Positions 1 to 14,467 of a stretch of DNA of 64,000 bases are shown here, piece by piece. The notes under the pieces were generated by a model that saw only the letters and a program-made list of their open reading frames with translations, did not search any database and was not told the DNA's origin. Source of the stretch: Eledone cirrhosa (taxonomy: Eukaryota); assembly GCA_964016885.1 (NCBI GenBank), contig OZ024750.1, positions 48,732,001-48,796,000 on the forward strand, given 5' to 3'. A program made the position numbers and the translations under genes. The first letter of the stretch is position 1. Each line of letters begins with the position of its first letter.

Positions 1-2528
1 AGGGAATATACATACCTACACATATATATGCTGTCTTCAGAAATAATGATATTTGTTTATTGAAAAAACAAAGATTCAAAACAATAGGTCTGTTTGGGAA
101 CAGGTTTTGAATTGACCAATAGAGAGATAGTGAGGGTCAAGGTAGTAATATAGTAGTAGAAGAAGCTTAAATTATGGGTAGAGGAAGGTAGATTTCAGTT
201 TTGGATGGAAAAGAATATTATGAATGAAGGATTATTTTAGGGAAGAAATAGGTCTTATGCTGACCTCAGAATTAATTTTATTTGTTCATTGAATAAAACC
301 AACAAAGATCTAATATATTCTGTCTGTTTGGTAAGAGGTTTAGAATTAACCAATAGAAAGTTAATAATTGGCCAAATGGTAAAATAGTAGTAATTGAAGC
401 TTATTTTAGGGGTGAAAATAGGTCAGGTGGTCAGAAAAAGGTATACAAGCAGTTGCTGTTATAAAATAGTAATGCCAATAAAAATATCTAAGGTGACTAA
501 AGTTTTACGATAAGAATGTTAGTGAAAAAAAATACATCTATGAAAAGAATATAAATTAATTTAATTGATAGGTATATTTATATTGATAAAATTATACTAA
601 TACATATAGATATGATAAATAAGATTTAGATGCAGTTGAAAAGTGCTGTTAAAGATGAGGGGAAATTAAAAGAATATAAAAATAATATATATATATACTT
701 ATATATATATATATATACACATATATATACACATACACACACACATATACACACATATATATACACATATATATACACATATACATATATATATATATAC
801 ATATACATGCATATGTACATACATACATACATATATATACACACATACACACTTACATATACATATAAGTATTGGGGGAGGGGGGGAATAGTAACTGTAG
901 AAACAAGGCAAACTGTCCATTAAAAGAAAATTGCCTTTTTAATAACATAGTATATACTTGTAAAGTTAACACTAAGGACTTAATTTATTCATATATAGGA
1001 GCTACATCTAACAAATTTAAGGTAAGATTTAATACCCACAAACATAGTGTTAAAAATGCCGCACTAGCTAATACAACATCTCTAGCTGAAATAATTAATA
1101 GTTATAGAAAGAGGAATATAGATTATGACCTGACCAGGAGTGTGCTCAAAAGGGCCACCCCTTATGAAAATAGTAGATATGAATGTAGATTATGTTCCCA
1201 ATAACTTTTTGAAATAATGAAATCTAAGGATATCCTATTAAATAAGCGACAGGAATTAATAATATCGTGTAATCATAAACTGAGAAAAACCTTTAAATAT
1301 TATAAACCTAACACTTTAGAAATTAATATATAAACTATTTTTAATTTAGTTAACCTATAATTAATATTCTACTACTGATGAACTACATAATTCTGCTTTA
1401 AATATTATAAACCTAATTAATATACACTTTAGAAATTAATATATATACTATTTTTAATTTAGTTAACCTATAATTAATATTCTACTACTGATGAACTACA
1501 TAATTTTGCATTCCTTCTTACAACTATCATTTCCTAAAACTGATACCATTAAGTAAACATATATAATGCTTTAACTTCAGGTTATGACTCTATGTTCCTT
1601 GAAAACTATATATATTTATTATTTCTCACTAATAAATGTTATTCCCCCTACCAATAATTATATGTATATGTAAGTGTGTATGTGTGTATATATATATGTA
1701 TGTATGTATGTATATATGCATGTCTATGTATATATATATGTATATGTGTATATATATGTGTATATATATGTGTGTATATATGTGTGTGTATGTGTATATA
1801 TATGTGTATATATATATATATATATATAAGTATATATATATATTATTTTTATATTCTTTTAATTTCCCCTCATCTTTAACAGCACTTTTCAACTGCATCT
1901 AACTCCTATTTATCATATCTATATGTATTAGTATAATTTTATCAATATAAATATACCCATCAATTAAATTAATTGATATTCTTTTCATAGATGTATTTTT
2001 TTCACTAACATTCTTATCGTAAAACTTTAGTCGCCTTAGATATTTGTATTGGCATTACTATTTTATAACAGCAACTGCTTGTATACATTTTACTGATCAC
2101 CTGACCTATTTTCACCCCTAAAAATAAGCTCCAATTACTACTATTGTACCATTTGGCCAATTATTAACTTTCCATTGGTTAATTCTAAACCTCTTACCAA
2201 ACAGACAGAATATATTAGATCTTTGTTAGTTTTATTCATGAACAAAAAAAATTATTTCTGAGGTCAGCATAAGACCTATTTCTTCCCTAAAATAATCCTT
2301 CATTCATAATATTCTTTTCCATCCAAAACTGAAATCTACCTTCCTCTACCCATAATTTAAGGTTCTTCTACTACTATATTACTACCTTGAGCCTCACTAT
2401 CTCTCTATTGGTCAATTCAAAACCAGTTCCCAAACAGACATATTGTATTGAAACTTTGTATTTTCAATAAACAAATATCATTATTTCTGAAGACAGCATA
2501 TATATGTGTAGGTATGTATATTCCCTCT
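1..2528. mobile_element. Fold-back PLE derivative: inverted arms about 1-888 and 1640-2528 enclosing a GIY-YIG fragment; left arm probably continues beyond the window start
   Basis: Position 1 agggaatatacatacctacac is the reverse complement of gtgtaggtatgtatattccct near 2506-2526. The mirror ORFs 630..923(+) and 1629..1898(-) start with the same peptide. Confidence 0.85.
872..1310 (+). pseudogene. Naiad-type PLE GIY-YIG endonuclease C-terminal fragment with an internal stop
   Basis: [40 protein letters not shown], then LLNKRQELIISCNHK after a stop. These match the CxC..CP..C, YxG, R..H, CxLC and NxR..CxH motifs of Naiad/Chlamys EN. Confidence 0.85.
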
Positions 2529-2684
2529 GATAGTTTGTATAAATATTGTACATAGATCTATAGAATATGCATACCAACTCTAACACATATATATCCTAGA
2601 AACGATCGTAAAATGATGAATTTTTTTTAATATAAGGAACTGTTTCTTTGTTTATTCATTATTTTATTAATGCATAAACCCATT

Positions 2685-3169
2685 AATGGCCCATGGAATA
2701 TATAAGAGACAGAACACTTTTCTGTGAAAAAACATATAATTTAATAAGGTAAGGAAAGAATAAAGGGTATAAAAAATGACCGGATTCGATGGGTCTGCAA
2801 AAGCCATCTTTTCAAATGTTGATTAATATTAAGAAAAATTAATAATAAGAAGAGTTAAAATTTGAGATTTGAAAATTCAAGTATAAAATTCAGTGTGGGA
2901 TTTCATAGTAGTTTTCATCTTGCTAGCAGCAAATTGACTGCTGTGTGCCTTTCTGGTAGTGAATGAGGAGTTACTTGTGGGGAATGTTTTTTTTTATAAA
3001 GGTCAGATTTAGCAATGGCCAGATGGCCAGCTGCTGGTCAGTGAGGGGGTGGAAGCAATATAAATACATATATCTCCCTGTGGTCGGTAGGAGAGGGGAG
3101 AGTGATAGAAAAGGATTTAATGCACTTACACCTATATATACACACATACATACACACACACACATACAT

Positions 3170-3200
<31 letters not shown>

Positions 3201-4810
3201 CATATACACACATACATACACACACACATACATATACATACACACATACACACACACACATATACACATACACACACATATACACACACACACACACATA
3301 TATATATAAATACACACACATCCAGATACACACATACATACACACACATACATACATACACACCCACACACAATACATACACATACATACATCCACATGC
3401 ACACACATACACACACACACATACACATACACATACATACACCCACACACATAGAGAAATGGCTTCCAAATATATATATATACATACATACACATATATT
3501 TTTTCCCTAATATAAGAAGTTAGGACAGTGAAATTAAAATACAATTCATTCTGATCACATTGAGTTCTTCATGTTGGTAGTGGATGGTCATTCTTTTGCG
3601 TAATGAAGTGCCCGTCTGTCCTATGTAGTTGTTTTATCACCCATCGCTAACACAAGAAAAAAATCCCCTTGAGCAGCCATATTGCGAACTGCGCAGGAAT
3701 GACACTACCCAACTTTAAAATCTTCCCCTTTTACAAGTGCTCAGATTCGTTCACACAGCAACAAAGAATAAACAAAGAAAATCTATTCCTTAACAAATTT
3801 AAACCAAAACTTAACGGGTTATCACCCCAATAGAATTGTCATAAAATATAAACACACATACGCACGGAATGACAGATATGTGTGTGTATGTGTGCATGTA
3901 TATAATTATCACTACTATTAAAGACCAGAGACCAATTCTGTAGAATCATGTTTATTCGTTGACAGACCATGCCTTTGTATGACCAACACATCCATGTTAA
4001 ACCCTGCACGTGCACACACATATACCTATATATATATGCGCACACATAATTCACCACTGTCGGTTGTGGGGCCCAATCTACATGAAGAACTCAATGTGAT
4101 CAGAATGACTTGTATTTTAATTTCACTGTCCTAACTTCTTATATTATGGAAAGAAAAATGTGTATGTATGCATATATATATATTTGGAGGCCATTTCTCC
4201 ATGTGTGTGGGTGTATGTATGTGTATGTGTGTGTGTGTGTGTATGTGTGGGCATGTGGATGTATGTATGTGTATGTATTGTGTTTGTGTGTGTGTATGTA
4301 TGTGTGTATATATAGGTGTAAGTGCATTAAATCCTTTTCTATCACTCTCCCCTCTCCTACCGACCACAGGGAGATATATGTATGTATATTGCTTCCACCC
4401 CCTCACTGACCAGCAGCTGGCCATCTGGCCATTGCTAAATCTGACCTTTATAAAAAAAAAACATTCCCCAAAAATAACTCCTCATTCACTACCAGAAAGG
4501 CACACAGCAGTCAACTTGCTGCTACCAAGATGAAAACTACTATGAAATCCCACACTGAATTTTATACTTGAATTTTCAAATCTCAAATTTTAACTCTTCT
4601 TATTATTAATTTTTCTTAATATTAATCAACATTTGAAAAGATGGCTTTTGCGGACCCATCGAAACCGTCATTTTTTATACCCTTTATTCTTTCCTTACCT
4701 TATAAAATTATGTTTTTTCACAAAAAAATATTCTGTCTCTTATATATTCCATGTGCCATTACCAACCTCAATGTTCTCCATAACCTTCGTTTTGTGTAGA
4801 AACTTACACT

Positions 4811-4815
<5 letters not shown>
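2685..4815. mobile_element. Fold-back PLE derivative: arms about 2685-3574 and 4078-4760, extra tail to about 4815, then (TA)n
   Basis: The arms are clear reverse complements (tgatcacattgagttcttcatgt vs acatgaagaactcaatgtgatca). The spacer minus strand encodes NYIGQTGTSLRKRMTIH (GIY-YIG, about 3575-3630). Confidence 0.85.
4628..4674 (+). ncRNA. Type I hammerhead-like motif, U3-A8 core variant (mirror copy about 2775-2817 on minus)
   Basis: TTGAAAA-gatgg..ccatc-GAAA-ccg(g)-TC. Stem II gatgg/ccatc; stem I is weak. Confidence 0.6.
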
Positions 4816-4870
<55 letters not shown>

Positions 4871-7381
4871 TAAATATCAGGCGTTAAACTATATACACGA
4901 AAATATACACCCACAAACACAGATACACACACACACAAACACTTATATACATATATGTCTGTTTGTGTGTATAATGTGTGCATACAATATGTATATATAT
5001 ATGTGTATATATAATCAAGTATCCAGAAGTGTGTAGCTATATGTCCAATGCTCAATGCATTTGCGTTCGACGTGTAATTTAATTAAGTAAATATTCTGGT
5101 TGTGTTTTGCTTGATATTTCAAGAAGTATTGTATTATTTAAGTTGAAACTAATTTTAATAAAAGAAAATTAATTAATTTTGATATCTTCCCATCGGGTTC
5201 TCACTGATTGTTTGTCTTTTTTATTTTTCTCCATTTGTTATATACGAGTACAATTTTATATAATTCATATAATGTCTCTGATTTGCTAAATAAATTTTAA
5301 AAAAAACAATAAAACGAAAGCTGGAAGACATGCAAAGTTAATTACACTTTACAACACGGAATAATGGTGTTGCGCTCCAAACGTTTTGAAGCAAGTCAAT
5401 ACATTCACAGCATTACCCCAAGTGACACACAAGCTGTGGCACTAAAACAACCGAGCACCTTCAAACGCCCACTTAATAATTTAGTAAGCCTCACTGACAA
5501 CGATGACAACACTTTGTTTTCAACTATCCAACTCATCAGAATGGCTTGAAAATCACAGTCTGGAAAACGGAATTTACCAAATGTGCACAGTATTTTAGTT
5601 GTTTCGTTCGTCTATGGGATGCTGTGAACTTGATAATGTAAAAAGGAATGCATTTATCACTGACATTTGTGTCCCATAACAAATGTCTATTTCTGATCCA
5701 AATGCATAGGGTAAACAGATCAGCTCTCTTTCCATCTTCCTTGGTCGGAAGAAATTATATATTACCTCTACCTAGGGTAGGTTAGGTTTAAGGATTACAT
5801 TCGAATCACTATGAGGATATGATTGATATGTTTGAAGCTACATGAGGCAGAAAACTATATTTGTATGCTGTGAGATCACTGCTAACTATGTATCAATATA
5901 ACGATGTTTTTCATTGGTTATTCATATTTGTGTTTTCATCTGTGAAACATTTCGGGTAAATTCCCTCTTATCTCTTCCTTAACCAACATGGCACATGTAC
6001 CGATGCTTCTAAACGATTGATGTTTGCGTATGTCTTACTATGTGCATGTGCATAAAGTTAGGAATGCGGCATCTTCTATCCCATATTATGAACAGTTTCG
6101 TCTGCACTCAAATGCTTTTGAGGAGACAGGTGCCCCTTGCCATGTGATATATATACTTAACTTTTTTATCCAATTATTTTTTAACTTGATATTCGCATAT
6201 TGTGTAACGTTGGAAAGTGGTTCATTCTTCGACGTCGTTTCAATTCATGAAGCTTACAACTTTGTCATCACTCATGGCAAACATTTCAACCCCTCGCCCA
6301 AATATCGATATGTATCTTCTCCTTTAGCTTTCAACTTGTCATCGCATCTCTACCGCATAAATCCTTCACTTCCATTCTCCATTATGTACATGTCAGCAAC
6401 CCAAGCGACAACGAAATTGTATTCAATTTAATTAAGGGGTTCAATCATTTCATTCATTCAGTGAGCGATATTTTATTCCCTGCCAAAGTGCAGCATTTGT
6501 TACATAAAGTTGAAAGAATACCAACATATAGTTCGCTATAACACTACATTAGCTTGAAGTGGCATCGAAGAAGGGTGTCTCGTAATTTGTAGTTTACCAC
6601 AAAAGGATTACTGAAACGAATAATCTTCTTGGGGATTTACTTCGTGAATACTGGTCATAAAAAATTATATTTAATGGTGGAATTTCAATAAGAATATAAG
6701 AACAACTGATCTGACTTTGGAACTATATGTGCGCGGATATGTGGGTACAGAAAACAAGGTATCAACCGATTCATAAATGTTGCGTTTAATCCAAGTTTGC
6801 TCACATCTAATTGTTAGCGAAATTAGATGATTAAATGAATTGCTGTCCAGCTTAACAATTACAGGCAACAGGTAATACATTGATGTCTCCACGCAGTGTA
6901 TGTTGGCGTGTGTTTTTGGAATTCAATTAATTTGGATATATTACAGTTGCATTTATTTTTAACGATTGTAGTGTTGCTTCTGCATGTGATTTTAAGTAAG
7001 TTGTTTTTATTTATTGCTGCTGTTTAATCTTATGTCAGCATAGATTGAAGAATATCCAGCTTCGGCCAGGAGGTTAGTCAACTCGAGTTTTTCAATGTTT
7101 ACATTTCCCAGATTGTATTAAGTCGGAACATATACTGCACGCTTTCTCGTCCGAGGCTCTAATTATTCCGTCACGCACCGCCATGTACTTCCATCAAACA
7201 TGAAATAATGAAAGCCCTGTGAACGTAGCACGCAAACAGCCTGAAATAATAACACAAGCTATATTGCCGTAATCTCTGATGCAGGTCTCCCTCAAGTGAA
7301 GCATATCAACCCTCAGGTGCCTATTTGGCTCAAAACGTACATACAGTTTTAAGATTATTATATAAGATGTCATTATTATCT

Positions 7382-7497
7382 CTTTTTACGGTCTGAGTTC
7401 AAATCCCCCCGAGGTTAACTTTTCCTTTAATCTTTACTGGGGGGATAACATAAAGCACCATTAATGTTGGCCTTGTGCCAAAATTAGAAATAATTAT
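7382..7497 (+). mobile_element. tRNA-derived SINE, 5'-truncated
   Basis: B-box GAGTTCAAATCC, then gaggttaactt..ggccttgtgccaaaa.tagaaa, as in the copy at 9532-9721. Confidence 0.75.
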
Positions 7498-9531
7498 TAT
7501 CTATTTATTTAATATTCTCTTGACTGAATTATAATTTGACATGCCTGGTGTCGATAAAATATTAAATTTTCTCCGAAAGCGTCAATGGTTTAAAATATAT
7601 AGGAGCCTTGTTTCTTGACTCATATGTTCCCGTATGAAATATACATAATATTTTTTATTAAAATTATATAGAATATAGATTATAAATTTTGAATTAAAAT
7701 AAATTATCGCGTAAACAGCATTGGTCGTTTAGCTCGTGGTACAGAGTGTGGATGCTGACCACGTTTTTACTGTCAATATGGCTGCTAGCCGATTTCCTAC
7801 GCTGTTCTGCGGGAAGAATGGACTGCCTTTCAGAATTGTATATGTTCTAAGCATAATAGTGTAAATTATTCAAACAATTGTATAACAACTGTTGATTTTT
7901 GAATGCATATATTACAAATCTTATTATAACCTGCATTCATCAGCCTCAACAAAGGTTTTCGAGTTTATCAGAAGCCTAATATACACTTGTAATATTTAAA
8001 AGTAGCGTTTAATTAACACTTGTCATTATTTGTAGCAGATTAGTATAGCAGATGATTCAACAGTTGTAGCGTTGGCTTGCATTCTGAGACTGGTAGTAGT
8101 AAGGTACTATTTCCATAGGATTCCTAAAGCATTACCTTGAAACATACTGTGACAGCATACTGAAAGTTTAGTTTTCTAAAAATTATTGAATAGCTAATCA
8201 TCTTCTATTGTTTAATAAATAGTCTTATAATGGCGACATAAAGTATATATTTGCTTCCTTTTTCTCATGTAATAATTATGAAGAATTACTCTTAATTTAG
8301 ATTATAACATATTACGAGTAATATCAATTTGTGATCCACATTATGAAAAACAAACCATAATGTTTATTAACTAATTCAAAAAGGCTTTCTCATGTTGCTC
8401 AAAGGAAGAGGTACTTATGTTATGTTGCGGTTTGGTGATGTCTACGACTGTTGCACATGCACACATTGATTAGTGTAATGCAATTTAATAAGCGTTGTTT
8501 TATTTTGCTTCTGTATGAAGACACATATATGAAGTTGTTATCAGTTGTTTTCATTTTAATTTTTCTAATAAATTCAGATACGTTCGAAACATTAAGTTAA
8601 TAAAGCTCAACACAATAAACGGGGACTTTCAACATAAGAATGAGATAACAATAATTTAAATGCATTTTTATTTTCGATAACGGAATATTAAATGAATTAT
8701 GTAGGAAACTTACAACAAAGCAAAACGACTAATAAAATGTTATATGAGTATAAATATTGAAATAGAAAAAAAATCAAAGAGCAAAATTAGCAAAAAATGC
8801 GATTTCACTGAAGCATGTAAATGCAAGAGAAATTGTTTAATGTTATATTAAAATTTAATATTATATATATTAAATATTTTGTTTATGTTTATATATATGT
8901 GTAGAAAATACTTGGCAGAAAACTGAAGGAGAACGAGAGAGTTTTCTAATAATGGCTATTAGGAAAGGCGTGTTTCATGGTGGTATAAATAGCGACGGCG
9001 GAAGCTGGAATATTTCCAATTTTGAACTATGTTTAATTCTATTTTTTTTCTTCATATTTTCATGAAAGGATATTGTTTAACATTTATTAATTGCAAAAAT
9101 GAATCATGGAAATGAAAACAGTATTCAACCACGTGTTATTTATTTATTTATTTTTTTCTGTTTTTCTTTTCTTACTATATTATTGCTACTTTTATTATTT
9201 TGAAAGAACATTCTCGATAATTAATAAACAATGTTTTTTATTCATTAAAAAAGAACATCCATCAAAAGTGAACATTATTAATTGACATTGATGACATTGC
9301 GTCAATAGCTTTTTCCGACGTTATAATATATCGTATTTATACAAATACACTCACATTTATGAAGTGACCTAATGCGTGAAGAGATTCAAATAATATTCAA
9401 TAATTATGTTTGTATATATGGAGTAACACAGCTCGTGGTAGAATTATACAACACAACATAAGCCATAATATTAGACTTAGAATTTCACTTTTTCTGTTAC
9501 CTAGCATGTAGGAAATGTGAATACATTTAAA

Positions 9532-9721
9532 TAATTGTTTCTACTTTTGGCACAAGGCCAGCAATTATCTCAGTGTATTACTGGTACTTTATTTTATCGA
9601 CGCCGATATGAAAGGCAAAGTTAACCTCGGCGGGATTTGAACTCAGACTAAAAAGAGTCATAACTCTTTGCTGCAAAGCATGGCATCCGACCCTCTACCG
9701 ATACTGCCAATCCACCGCCCT
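9532..9721 (-). mobile_element. Full-length tRNA-derived SINE (octopod-like)
   Basis: Minus strand reads gggcggtggatTGGCAGTATCGGtag (A box) ... GAGTTCAAATCCcgccgagg (B box) ... gataaaataaagtaccag ... ggccttgtgccaaaagtagaaac. Confidence 0.8.
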
Positions 9722-10639
9722 ATATTTAATAAATTTAAATAATATTTAAATACCCTGCTGCTACTACCAAGAGAGCCGCACTCGATTTCATTCTTTGCCG
9801 AACAAATATAAATGTAAATATCATTAAGAGGGATTAATAACATATAACTAATAATTAATTACACACTAATTACTTTCTAATCGGTTACTAGCCGTTTCCT
9901 AGTTGAATGAGTAAAGATTTACACATAGTGAGAATTATGTCATATTTACATGAATATAAAGGCATGTCTCGTCTTGAAGAGTTGATATATGTTCTACGTT
10001 AGAATATCCTCTTATGAATATTAGCAATGCGACTAAAATAGATTACTCTGTATAATAGAATTTATGCCAAATTTTATCACATAATGCTACAGCACAGTCA
10101 ACAGTTATGGTACAATTTATTGAACGTTGCGCTTCAAGTGTCTCTCATATTATTAAATATGGCTATGGAAGTGGTATATAAGCAGCATTTTAGAACATTA
10201 GAGAAAATGCTTTGCGAAATTCAGTTCCAACCATGTACGTTCTGAGTTGAAATATCTTCGACGTTAAATATGTTTTCAAAGCTTCGATGCCGAGAAAATA
10301 AAATATCAGTAAAACAATGGAGACGGTATAAGTAATGTTCCCCTGAACACACTTGCCAACATATGTACCAATGCTAGAAACCATTAAATATGTTTATGCG
10401 ATCTTATCTTTCAATTTTAATATTTTATTAATTTACTCATATACCTGTCTCCAGGCAATAAAAAATGGTCTCGCTGGAGCGGATTATTTTCTAACTCATT
10501 GATCATATTAATTTACTGGTTCCAGGTTTTCGAACGTGCCATTGGCAGGTCACACTTTCATAACGAGCCAATGATGGAGCAACACATACTATAGGATGCC
10601 TACAATAACATCCATTCATCTCCCGTACTCTTTTTCCAT

Positions 10640-10835
<196 letters not shown>

Positions 10836-10854
10836 ATAATATATATATATATAT

Positions 10855-11050
10855 TTACGATATTAAATAAATGGAAACTATATTTATAAAACCATATTTA
10901 TTTCATTATATATATTTCAGGGATATCATATTAAAAATATGTTATGCCTTCTTCAGACAAAATACAATATAAACAGTCTTATAAATAGATATATTCGACA
11001 TACCTTTCAACTTCGACTTCTATTTGAAAAGTTGATTTGGTAGTGGAAAA
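10855..11050 (-). mobile_element. PLE terminal fragment with HHR motif (about 10900-10962); related copy at about 29848-30050
   Basis: Minus strand CTGAAGA-agg..cct-GAAA-tatata-TA. Shares taaatggaaactatatttataaaac with 29855, whose minus strand has CTGATGA-aag..ctt-GAAG-tatata-TA. Confidence 0.6.
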
Positions 11051-11243
11051 AATATTAGGGACAGTTATAAAAAGAAAGAAAGAAGAAAAACGAAGAAAAA
11101 GAAGAAATGCATGCAACTAAATAGAGAGAGATAGATATAGAGAGATAGATAGAGAGAAGAAATTCATGTAAAGAAACAGAGAGAGATATATAGAGAGAGG
11201 AAAAAAACACAGAGGGAGATAGATAGAGAGAGAGAGAGAGAAG

Positions 11244-11307
<64 letters not shown>

Positions 11308-11720
11308 AGATAGATATAGATAGAGATAGAGAGAAAGAAAATAGGTAGTTGTGCACCAGTTGAATGACGTATCAATGATATATTTATTTATTTATTTATT
11401 TAGCTCTAGTATTAATGTAGAGAGAGATATATGTGGTTAAGAGAGAAAACAGCCGTTACATAGAGAGAAAAGAAAAGAAAAATATCCAGAGAAAAACGAG
11501 GCAGATTTAAAACACTATGTTTCATCAATGTAAAAAATATCAATTCGTATAAAACAGGCATTATAATGTAAATATCAGTATATATATATATATATGTCTG
11601 TATATCCACACATATCTCTATAAATACCTCCCTCTCCCCCTCCCATTCTCTCTATATATATATGTATATATATATAAACACACACACACTCACACACTCA
11701 CACACACACACACCCACACA

Positions 11721-11848
<128 letters not shown>

Positions 11849-12085
11849 GTGGTGGAACACTGGAAGGTAATATCCGTAGTGGTAGAGCACTCTGTCCAAG
11901 GGACGAGTTAGGTAGAAGTGGTTACACAACAGTTAGTTCACCATACCCAGAACAATTGTTTCACTTCAGCGGATCGTCAGCTCGGAATGGGCAGGGTTAT
12001 AACCCCGCCCATCCTGAGCTGAAGATCCGCTAAGGTGAAACAATTGTTCTCAGTATGGTGAACTAAATGTTGTGTAACCACATCT
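11849..12085. mobile_element. Mini fold-back PLE element (centre 11999/12000) between (TA)n tracts; same family as 38838-39590
   Basis: Imperfect palindrome around gggtta|taaccc. The left arm carries about 60 nt of extra tail. Confidence 0.85.
12014..12053 (+). ncRNA. Type I hammerhead ribozyme motif
   Basis: ctgag-CTGAAGA-tccgctaaggt-GAAA-caattg-TT-ctcag. Stem I ctgag/ctcag, palindromic stem III ACAATTGT. Confidence 0.75.
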
Positions 12086-12103
12086 ATATATATATATATA
12101 TGT

Positions 12104-12171
<68 letters not shown>

Positions 12172-12359
12172 TCTAATGACGCTCAGATTCTATCACAAGA
12201 CGAAAAACTATTTTCCTAAATAACTGGACTTAAACTAAAATAATGACAATGTATATTCTGGTTACCTTTTTTTATTTTTCCTTGTTGACTTTACTTAAAC
12301 ATACACACACAGTCAGACACACATATACTCACACATACACACACATCCGCTCCCCCCCC

Positions 12360-12391
<32 letters not shown>

Positions 12392-12645
12392 AATGTATAT
12401 AGTATAAAATAACAGGGGGCTGGACTGGTGTACCTCCTTGAAACGTTTATTATAATATGATCATTTCAATGACTGGGTTCAGTATGAATAATTAACTCCG
12501 TACTCTCACCCCAACTACACAAACGAAGACGGGTGAGTTGTATTACGTTCAGTTCTTTCCATAATATTACATGGAGGTTGATCATAGGGAATGACCAGTT
12601 CTATCCAGTGGTATACCATCAATCTTAAATAAATATAAATATATA

Positions 12646-12666
12646 TATATCAACTAGAAATTGATT

Positions 12667-12753
<87 letters not shown>

Positions 12754-13162
12754 AACATATGAAACAATCACAGGGAATAATTTGTAAAAGTGTGTAAGCA
12801 CACATAGCTATGTAGGTAACTAATTAAAGTTTGGTACGATGTCTGTATTTTTGAGAAGTGCAACATGTGCTGCTAGACATTCGCAGATTTGTAAGCACAG
12901 ATAGTTAAGTATTCTTGTTTGTTGAAAATCCGGCTACTGTGGTTTACCGAATGATTGATGGTGAAATATATTTCTTTAATGAAATATATACAAGGAAGAT
13001 TAATCCATTTACAAGGTATCTATTTTTAAAGTTCTAGTTAAATGTTAATTAGTTACCTACATAGCTATGTTGGCTTACACACTTTTACACATCATTACCT
13101 GTGATTGTTTCATATGTTTATTGTATATATATATATATATCAATCAATTTCTAGTTGATATA
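12646..13162. repeat. Inverted repeat (about 12646-12828 vs 13044-13162) whose arms each contain a (TA)n tract
   Basis: aataaacatatgaaacaatcacagg vs cctgtgattgtttcatatgtttatt; caactagaaattgatt vs aatcaatttctagttg. Confidence 0.75.
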
Positions 13163-13358
13163 AATTGCTCGGATATATTCATTGGAATATTGGAGCATAC
13201 TCTACAGTGGATATGGCCCATGTCTTTCTGACATGGCAACCTTAACTTAATTTAATTTAATGTTGAATATATATTTATATATATATATATATATTTATAT
13301 ATATAAAGAGAGAGAGACACATAAAGACAGAGAGAGAGTGAGAGATAGATATATATAT

Positions 13359-13422
<64 letters not shown>

Positions 13423-13552
13423 CCAAAATAGGTGAAGTTGGAAATAGCACGGAACATATATTTAAGGGTCTGTTTTTTTTCTTTTTTTATACTGTCTTTG
13501 GTTCGTCAAATTGACATTACTGTAAACATGACATTATTGAAAACATGACATT

Positions 13553-13652
13553 CCCACCGAGGCTGACTTTGCCGTTCATCCTTACGGGGTCGATAAAATA
13601 AAGTACCAGTTATACCCTGGATAATTGGTGGCCTTGTGCCTAAAGTAGAAAC

Positions 13653-13657
<5 letters not shown>
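13553..13657 (+). mobile_element. SINE 3' fragment
   Basis: ccgaggctgactttgccgttcatccttacggggtcgataaaataaagtaccag..ggccttgtgcctaaagtagaaac. Confidence 0.75.
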
Positions 13658-13710
<53 letters not shown>

Positions 13711-13714
<4 letters not shown>

Positions 13715-14337
13715 GACGTAAAATAAGAAAATTATAAAAATTAACTTACTTACTAAAATTTCACTCCAACTAATTAGTTTCTGAAAGGGAATAAACATGG
13801 TTTCCGAAGAAACGTACGGAGAAGCTTTTCGTCATCAGGGAAGTCTATTCTCAGCTAAGATTCTTTATAATAATCTCCAAATTATTTTGTCGAGCCAAAT
13901 TTGGCCATAACTGCTACTATAGTTCATAGTAACGGTTCGGCTGCTGTCTTCTTAACAAAACACTCCTCACTGATTAACCTCGATTTCATGTGATTGATTC
14001 TTTTGAATTTGCCACCGACGCAGCAGTAGGCAGTGATTTTTTCAATGGCTTGGAACTTAGTCCACGCTTTGCTTTTTTCCATCAACTGAATTATTTTTGT
14101 ATAAGTTCCCTGTGTCCCCGCATTGCCTGGAAACTTAGCTGATAATAGACTTCCCTGATGACGAAAGGCTTCTCCGTACGTTTCTTCGGAAACTATGTTT
14201 ATTCCCTTTCAGAAACTAATTAGTTGGAGTGAAATTTTAGTAAGGAAGTTAATTTTTATAATTTTCTTATTTTACGTCTTTCATATTATTGTGCTGCATC
14301 CCCATGCATTGAACCACAAAGTTACTAAGACAAAACC
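13711..14337. mobile_element. Fold-back PLE derivative: arms about 13711-13859 and 14134-14283, tail to 14337; HHR-like motif about 14144-14203
   Basis: The arms are reverse complements. Plus strand CTGATGA-cgaa..ttcg-GAAA-ctatg-TT. Flanked by (TA)n. Confidence 0.8.
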
Positions 14338-14467
14338 TATATATTTGCTGGCATATGTATGCATCTGTATATATATGTATGCATCTGTATATATATGTTA
14401 GTCGATATACTATTCTTTATATATATATATTTATATATATATATAAAGAATAGTATATCGACTAACA

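Noticed and set aside
6024-6892. ORFs 6024..6431(+) and 6671..6892(-)
   Set aside because: No recognisable domain, and the lengths are compatible with chance.
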